64,000 bases of DNA from the human T2T-CHM13v2.0 reference genome, Homo sapiens. The position numbers were made by a program, and so were the translations under genes. Positions 49,211-64,000 of this stretch are shown here, in pieces; within the stretch, counting starts at the first letter, position 1; every line of letters begins with the position of its first letter. The DNA is taken from NCBI RefSeq assembly GCF_009914755.1, contig NC_060925.1; one strand, given 5' to 3'. Under the pieces are notes generated by a model. That model had not been told where the DNA came from and ran no database searches. It saw only the letters and a program-made list of their open reading frames with translations.

Positions 49211-50257
49211 CAATATTTGCTTTACATATCTAGGTGCCCCAGTGTTAGATGCATATATATTCACAATTGTTATGGCCTCGCTGAACTGAGCCCTTTATCA
49301 TTATACAGTAACCTTTGTCTTTTCTTATAGTTGTCCTGAACTTTATTTTGTCTGATATAACTATAGTTATGCATGCTCTTTTTTGGTTTCCATTACATGG
49401 AATATCTCTTTCCATCCCTTTATTTTCAGTCTATATGTGTCTTTATAGGTGAAGTGTGTTTCTTGTAGGCAACAGACCATTTGGGTCTTGTTTTTGTATC
49501 CATTCAGCCACTGTCTTTCCATTGAAGAGTTTAGTCCATTTATATTCAATGTTACCATGAATAAGTAAAGATTTACTCCTGCCATTTTGTTACTTGTTTT
49601 CCAGTTGTTTTGTGGTATTCTCTTCCTTCTTTGTTGCCTTCCTTTCTTCCTTTTACAGAAGGTGACTTTCTCTGGTAGTATGAGTTAATTTCTTGCTCTT
49701 TCTTTCTTGTGTATATTCTGTATGTTTTTATATTGGAGGTTACCACGAGGCTTCCAAATACTATCTTATAACCCATTATCTTAAGCGGATAACAACTTGA
49801 AACTGTTTACATAAACAAAAAAAAGAAGCAAAAAGAAACACTCTACATCTTAACATCAGCCCCCCTCTTTTTAACTTTTTGTTTCTATTTATATCTTCCT
49901 GTACTGTCTATGTTTTGAAAAGTTGTTGTAGTTATTTTTGATCAGTTCATATTTTAGTCCTTCTATTTGAGAATGGTTTACACACCAAAGTTATAGTATT
50001 ATATTATTCTGTGTTTTTCTGTGTATTTACTGTTGCCAGTGGTTTATTTTACCCTCAAGTGATATCTTATTGCTCATTATCATCCTTTTCTTTCAGATTG
50101 AAGTACTCCCTTTAACACTTCTTGTAGGACAGGTCTGGTGTTGATGAAATCCCTCCGCTTTTCTTTGGGAAAGTATTTCTCCTCATGTTTGAAGGATATT
50201 TTCACTGAATATTTTATATTATTCCAGGGTCAAAGTTTTTTTCCTTCAGCTTTTTAA

Positions 50258-56359
<6,102 letters not shown>

Positions 56360-57874
56360 CCTTCAGCTCTTTAAGTATGTCATGCCACTCTCTGCAGCCT
56401 GTAAGGTTTCCACTGAAAACTCTGCTGCCAGACATGCTGGAGCTCCATTGTATGTTGTTTCTCTTCTCTTACTGCTTTTAGGATACTTTATCTTTGATCT
56501 CTGGGAGTTTGGTTATTAAATGTCTTGAGGTAGTCTTTCAGTTGAATCAGCTTGGTGTTCTATAACCATTTTTTAATTATATACTAATATCTTTCTCTAG
56601 ATTTGGGAAGTTCTGTTATCCCTTTAAATAAACTCTCTACCCTTATCTCTTTCTCTACCTCCTCTTTAAGACCAATAACTCTTAGATTTGGCCTTTGAGG
56701 CTATTTCCAAGATCTTTTGCCTAGAATGAAGGCATGCTTCATTCTTTTTTATTCTTTTTTCTTCTGTCTCCTCTGACTGTATTTTTAAGCAGGTTGTCTT
56801 CACACTCACTAATACTTTCTGTCTGATCAATTCTGCTACTAAAAGACTTAAAATGCATTCTTGAGTAGTTCAATTGCATTTTCAACTCCAGAGTTTCTGC
56901 TTGATTCTTTTTTAATTAATTCAGTCTCTCTGATAGACTTCTGAATTCCTTTTCCATATTATCTTGAATTTCTTTGAGTTTCCCTCAAAGCAGCTCTTTG
57001 GAATTCTCTGTCTGAAAAAGGTCACATATCTGTTTCTCCAGGATTGGTCCCTGGTGCCTCATTTAACTCATTTGGTGAAGTCACGTTTTCCTGGATAATC
57101 TTGATGCTTATGGATGTTTGCTGGTGTCTGGGCATATATATGAGTTAGGTATTTACTGTAATTTTTGCATTCAGGGCTTCTTTGTATCTGTCCTTGGGAA
57201 GACTTTCCAGGTATTGGAAAGAACTTCGGTGTTGTGATCTAAGTCATACCTGCATTAGGGGGCACCCCAAGCCCAGTAACACTGTAGCTCTTACAGACTT
57301 CTAGAGGTATTGCCTTGATGGTCTTGGATAAGATCTGGAAGAATTTTATGGATTAGCATATAGAAACTATTGTTATCTTCCCACACTTTCTCCCAAACAA
57401 ATGGAGACTCTCTCTCTCTCTCTCTGTACTGAGTTGCTTGGAGCTGGGGGTGGGGTGACACAAGTACTCCTATGGCTGCCACACTGGGACTGTGCTGGGT
57501 CAGACCTGATGCCAGCACAGTACTGAGTCACATCCCAGGCTGCCTGTAACTACTACCTGGCTACCAACTATGTTCGCACAAGGTCCTATGTCTCAAAAAT
57601 CAGCAGATGGTGAAGCCAACCAAGCTTATATCCTTCCCTAAAGCATGAAAATTTCCCCCTAGGCCTTAGGGCAGGTCCAGGGATACTGCACAGAAGCCAG
57701 ACTAGGGTCAAACACCTTAGAAACCTACCTGGTATTCTATTGTACTGCGGCTGAACTGGCACTCAAACCACAAGACTACAGTCCTTCCCATACTTCCCTC
57801 CCCTTTCCATAGGAAGAGGAGCCTCACCCTGTGGTAACCACCACCACAGACCCATAGGGACTACTGCCAGGCTA

Positions 57875-58256
<382 letters not shown>

Positions 58257-58404
58257 TCAGGACAGTGGGCTCCCCACTCTGGTTGGTCCAAGGCAGGTCC
58301 AAAAATGCCAACCAAGAGCCAAGGCATGGAGTCAGGGACCCCAAGAGCCTACCTGGTGCTCTACCCCTGTGGCCAAGCTGTTACTTAAGGCGCAAGAAAA
58401 ACTT

Positions 58405-60315
58405 ATCTTTAATCCAACAGCTGCAGAGTACACATTATTCTCATTAGCACATAAATCATTCTGAAGGGCAGAACATGTATTAGGCCACAAAACAAGTCTT
58501 AAGACACTAAAAAAAAAAAATGAAATAATATAAAGTACCTTCTCTGACCACAATGGAATAAACCTAGAAATCAATAATGAGGAATTCTGGAAACTATACA
58601 AATACATGAAAATTAAACAATATGCTCCTGAATGACCAGTGGGTCAATGAACAAATTAAGGAAGAACTTGAAAAACTAACTGAAACAAATAATAATAAAA
58701 ACACAGCATGCCATGCCAAAACCTATGGGGTTACAGCAAAAGCAAGAGGGAAGTACCAAATATCAAGAGGGAAGTTTATAGGTGTAAGCACCTACATCAA
58801 AAGGTGGAAAAGCAAACAACCTAAAGATACATCTTAAAGAACTGGAAAAATAAACGCAAACCAAGCCAAAAATTAGTAGAAGAAGAGAAATAATAAAGAT
58901 CAGAGCAGAAATAAATGCAATTGAAACAAATAAAGCAATATAAAAGATCAATGAAACTAAAAGCTGGTTTTTAGAAAAGAAAAAAAAATTGACAAATCTT
59001 TAACCAGACTAAATAAAAGAGGAAAATAAATAAAGTCAGAGATTAAAAAAAATTACAACCTATACCACAGAAATTCAAAGGATCATTAGAGGCTACCATG
59101 ACCACCTACATGCCAATAAATTTGAAAACTTAGACCAAATGTGGCAATTTCTAAACTCATACCACCTACCAAGACTGAACCCTGGGGAAATCCAAAATGT
59201 GAATAGACCAGTAACAAGTAACAAGATCAAAGCTGCAATAAAAAGTCTGCCAGAAAAGAAACCCCTGGGACCCGACGGCTTTACCTGATGGCTTCACTGA
59301 ATCTTACCAAACAGTTAAAGAAGAACTAATACCAATCCCACTCGAACTATTACAAAAAACAGAGGAGAATACTTACAAACTCATTCTATGAGGCCAGTGT
59401 TACCTTGATAGCAAAACCAAAGACACATCAAAAAACAAAAACAAATAACAAACAAACAAACAAAAAACTACAGGCCAACATCCCTGATGAACATTGACGC
59501 AAAAATCCTTAACAAAATACTAACAAACTGAATTCAACAACACATCAAAAAATCATTCATCATGACCAAGTGATATTTATCCCAGAGATGCAAGGGTGGT
59601 TCAATATACACAAATCAATCTATGTGACACATCATATCGACAGAATGAAGGACAAAAACCATATGTTCACTGCAATAGATACTGAAAAAGCATTTGATAA
59701 AATTCAACATCCCTTCATGATTTTAAAAAAAAAGCCTCAACACACTGGGTATAGAGAGAACATAACTCAACATAAGAAAAGCCATGTATGACAAACCCAC
59801 AGCTAGCATCATACTGAATGGTGAAAAACTAAAAGTCTTTCTTCTAAGATTGGGAACACAAGGATGCCCACTTTCACCACTGCTATTCGACACAGTACTG
59901 GAAGTACTAGCTAGAGCAATCAGACAAGGGAAACAAATAAAGGGTATCCAAATTGGAAAGGAAGAAATCAAATCATCCTTGTTTGTTATCAAAAAATAGA
60001 AAAATTAGCCCAGCATGGTGGTGCATGCCTGCAGTCCCAGCTTGCTACTCGAGAGGCTTAGTTGGGTCACCTGAGCCCGGGAGGTTGAGGCTGCGGTGAG
60101 CCATGATTGCACCACTGCACTCCAGCCTGGATGATAGAGTGAGACCCTGTCTAAAAAAAAAGAGTATATGGATTGTTTGTAACACAAAGGATAAATGCTT
60201 GAAATGATGGATACCCTATTTACCCTGATGTGATTACTACAGTGTATGCCTGTATCAAAATATCTCATGTGCCCCATAAATACATACACCTATGTTTTTT
60301 AAAAAAAGAAAAATG
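58405..60315 (+). mobile_element. L1MA-type ORF2 fragment joined through a half-Alu to an L1MA 3' end
   Basis: NPTAAEYTLFS...[21 protein letters not shown]; 3'UTR at 60163-60315. Confidence 0.8.
59992..60161 (+). mobile_element. Alu right arm (AluJ-like)
   Basis: Begins in the A-rich linker and ends in an A tail. Confidence 0.85.
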
Positions 60316-60329
60316 AGAAAAGATGTAAA

Positions 60330-61100
60330 AGGAATATCCACATTCCCATGTTCACTGCAGCAATATTCATAATAGCCAAGATATGGAAGCAACCTAAGTG
60401 TCCATGAATGGATGTTAAATGGATAAAGAAAATGTGGAATATATGTGCAACAGAATATCACTCATCCCTAAAAAGGCAGGAAATTCTGACATACGCTACA
60501 ACATGAATCAACCTTTAAGGACATTATGCTAAATGAAATAAGCCAGTTACAAAAAGGCAAATACTGACTGTATCATTCCACTAAAATGAAGTACCTAAAG
60601 TAGTAAAACTCTTAGAGACAGAAAATAAAATGGTGACCGTCAGACAATGGTGTGAGGGGCATGGAAAATTTGTGTTTAATGCATACAGAGTTTCAGTTTT
60701 GCTAGATGAAGAAGAGTTACGGAGATGGATGATGGTGATGGTTGCACAATTTAACTATACTTAATACCACTGGATCTGTATATTTAAAAATGGCTTCAGA
60801 TGGTGAATATTACATTATGTGTATTTAACCAAAAAAAAACACAAAGAAAAGAAAAAGTCAATTGCTTTCCTACATACCAGCAATAAACAAGTGGAATTTC
60901 AACACATTTCAACACAACACTATTTACATTAGCTCCAATTAAAAATGAAATACATGGGTATAAATCTAATAAAATATGTGCAAAATCTATATGAGGAAAA
61001 CTATAAAAGTCTAATGAAATAAATTAAAGAATATATAAATAAATGGAGAGATAGTCCATGTTCATAGACAGGAACACACAATATTGTTTAGATGTCATCT
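60330..61100 (+). mobile_element. L1MB-type 3' end and L1M ORF2 fragment
   Basis: atgttcactgcagcaatattcataatagcc...agagtttcagttttg...gagatggatgatggtgatggttgcaca. Confidence 0.7.
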
Positions 61101-61539
61101 ATGAATAACTCCCCTCATATCACTACCCCCTTATGAGGTAGTGTCAAACTTTCACCATTTAATACACCACTTATCCAATATGCACTGATGTGCATGGGCA
61201 GAGGAGAGTGTGATTGTCTGTTCCCACAATTTAAACATTCTGGAAAGACACATCTATATTCCTTTTCCTATATTAAATAAATGGATAAACATGTAGATGA
61301 AAAAATAAATGAATTTTTTAAGTGGCCAGCTGATCTTTTCAGAGGTATTATAAAATATATGGCTATTTTCAGAGGGAACTGGACTAGGTCACTTCCAATG
61401 TGACTCCTCACACTATATCCTATGTATTTTATTATCTCCAAAGCTATAATAAATGAGAAAAATGGCTGACAGTGTAAATGTTCACTATAAAGTCGACCTA
61501 AAAACATTTCTAATTTTATAGAACAAGGACAAAATGGAC

Positions 61540-61976
61540 TGTGGTATTGAACCCAATTCTTCAACCTTCCATGCATCCATACCATTCAACTCTATAGTCC
61601 CTCCTGCTAACATATATTTTCCATTCACTAGGCTCAGACATATGACTTTACTCTATCAATGCAAAACATGGTCAGAAGTCACATTGTGACAATTCTGAGC
61701 CTATGCCTTGAGAAGTACCATGAGTTTCTGCTTGCAGTCTTAACTTTGTGTCATCATGATCATAAGATCTTTGATTTATCTGTGATCTCATCAGAGGATA
61801 TCAGGATAAATGCACATGGAACATATCTGAGCCCAATCTGTTCCATCCAACCAGATCTGCAACTTGAAACAGTCACCCAAACAATCAGCCAACTCCTGGC
61901 AAATATCTGAATGAGAATAAATAATTGTTGTTTTCAGCCACTTTACTATGAAGTTGTTTGCTACACAGCAACAGCA
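61540..61976 (+). mobile_element. Old MaLR LTR (MLT1H/I-like)
   Basis: tgtggt start; aataaataattgttgttttcagccact...ttgtttgctacacagca end. Confidence 0.6.
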
Positions 61977-62027
61977 TTAGTTTCAAGTGAAATACTATGT
62001 CTGGGGTTTGCATTTTAAAAATACTCC

Positions 62028-62212
62028 AGCCAGGCATGGTGGTGCATTCCTGTAGTCCCAGCTACCCAGGAGGCTGATGGGAGGATCACTTGAGCTCAGA
62101 AGTTAGAAGATATAATGTGCTATGATCATGCCTGTGAACAGGCACTGCCCTCCAGCCTAGACAAACAGAGCAAGACTCCACCTCTTGAAAAACAACAACA
62201 ACAACAACAAAA
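62028..62212 (+). mobile_element. Alu monomer (FRAM-like) with (CAA)n tail
   Basis: Single arm; flanking aaaa.actc.ag duplication. Confidence 0.8.
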
Positions 62213-62953
62213 AACTCTAGGAGTACTATGCAGCTATAAAAGAAATAAGCTGATATCTATACCTATACAGATAGACACATTAAATATTTACGTATATTTG
62301 AGCTTGTCCTATATTCTACAATGAAGAAATCTCCAGAATATATCCTTGAATGAAAAACACAGCATAGAAAATTCTGTATAATATGCTACCATTTATTATT
62401 CATATATGAAAATATAGACACATTTACTTCTATTTTTTACAATGAAAAAATAAAAGATAATTTCTGTAATGTTTCCTATAGAAGGGAGAGAATAGGGCAT
62501 TCTCCAGGACAGACCACAAAAAACTATACCATACACTTTAAAAACAAAGATATTCCTTCACTGACTTTTGGCTTGCATTATTATTGGAAGTCTTCTGTCA
62601 GTCTTATCTTTGTTAACTTTGTGTATATCTTTTCCTTTGACTGTTCTTAAATTTTTCGATTTTCACAGGTTTTAAGCAATTTGATTTGATGCTTTCTAGT
62701 TTTCTTCATGTTCCCTGTGTTTGGGGTTCAATGACTTCTTTGATATGTTGGTTTATGGTTTTCCTCTAATTTGGAAAATGTTGGTGGTTATTTCCTCAAA
62801 TATTTTTGTCTTCTCTCCCCTCCCATTTCTGCCTTCTGCAGATTCCAATTACACGTTTTTTAGACTGCTTGAAGTTGTCCCACAAATCACTGCTCCTCTT
62901 TTTTTTCCAGCTTTTTCTCTGTTTTGTTTTGCATAATTCCTACTTCTCTGGAA

Positions 62954-62996
62954 TTCACTAGTATACAAGTTCACTAGTATACAAGTTCACTAGTAT
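62954..62996. repeat. Perfect 16-bp tandem repeat, 2.7 copies
   Basis: ttcactagtatacaag twice, then ttcactagtat. Confidence 0.9.
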
Positions 62997-63321
62997 TTTT
63001 CCTCTGCAATGTCTACTCTGCTGTTAATCTCACTCATTGCATTTTTCATCTAAGACATTATGCTGTTCATCTGAAGATGTTTGATTTAGGACTTTTCACA
63101 TGTTCCATATCTTTCCTTAACCTATTCATGCTTTCCTCTACTGTCTTAAACATATGAAATATAGGTATAACTTTTAATGACCTTCTATCATCTATATCAT
63201 TTCTAGGTCTCTCTCTACTGATTTTTCTCATGATTATGGGTCATATTTTCTAGCTTCTTACATGCTTGGTAATTTTTGATTGGGTCTAAATACTGTGACT
63301 TTTATCCTTGTTACATGTTAG

Positions 63322-63618
<297 letters not shown>

Positions 63619-64000
63619 TCCTTTAAATATTCTTGAGCTTTGCTCTGAGATGCTTGAAAATAATTGATCTTTCTCAGGCTTCTTTCTAAGTTTTGTTAGG
63701 TACCACCAGAGAAAGCGTTAGTATTAGGGCTATTTTCCCCCCTACTACTAAGGCAATATCCTTCTGAGTACACTAGGGTGCCCATTTATTTATTTAGGAT
63801 GTTCCATTTATTATAAAGTATTTTCATTCAGCTGGTGGGAAGAAGAAATAGTCTATGCTTTGTGTGAGTGCTAGAGATATTTTACTTCATAAATACTTTC
63901 CATTTACTTTACTTTTTCTTCATTTTTTGTTAATAGCTCTAGCATTTCTCAAAAAATTTTAATCATCTGAGAAATGCCTGGAAAAATGGGTTTCATGGCA

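Overview
Primate (very likely human) genomic DNA lying entirely inside the FAF1 gene, which is transcribed on the minus strand. The only supported coding sequence is the 69-nt exon at 21793-21861 (ACTGIENIDEAITLLEQNNWDLV, N-terminal UBA domain, exon 2). Higher coordinates are therefore intron 1 and lower coordinates intron 2. The rest is mostly transposable elements: about 20 Alus, nested L1s of several ages (a full-length ~6.1 kb L1PA4-6-type element in FAF1 sense orientation, and a 5'-inverted L1PA3-like element inside an L1PB1), a Tigger1, a Tigger4 carrying a 38-bp minisatellite, MER33/MER5, ERV1 and MaLR solo LTRs, and L2/MIR relics. There is also a processed MRPS6 pseudogene (10174-11138). 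Almost all ORFs in the supplied track are TE-derived or chance ORFs. I found no evidence for a new multi-gene system. The most interesting items are local: CpG retention in the retrocopy 5'UTR, a candidate L1 3' transduction, an LTR with CTCF-like motifs and an inverted copy of its own terminus, a twin-primed L1 that creates a fold-back, a candidate poison exon, and several small repeat or repair scars. TE subfamily names come from recalled consensus sequences and should be confirmed with RepeatMasker/Dfam.
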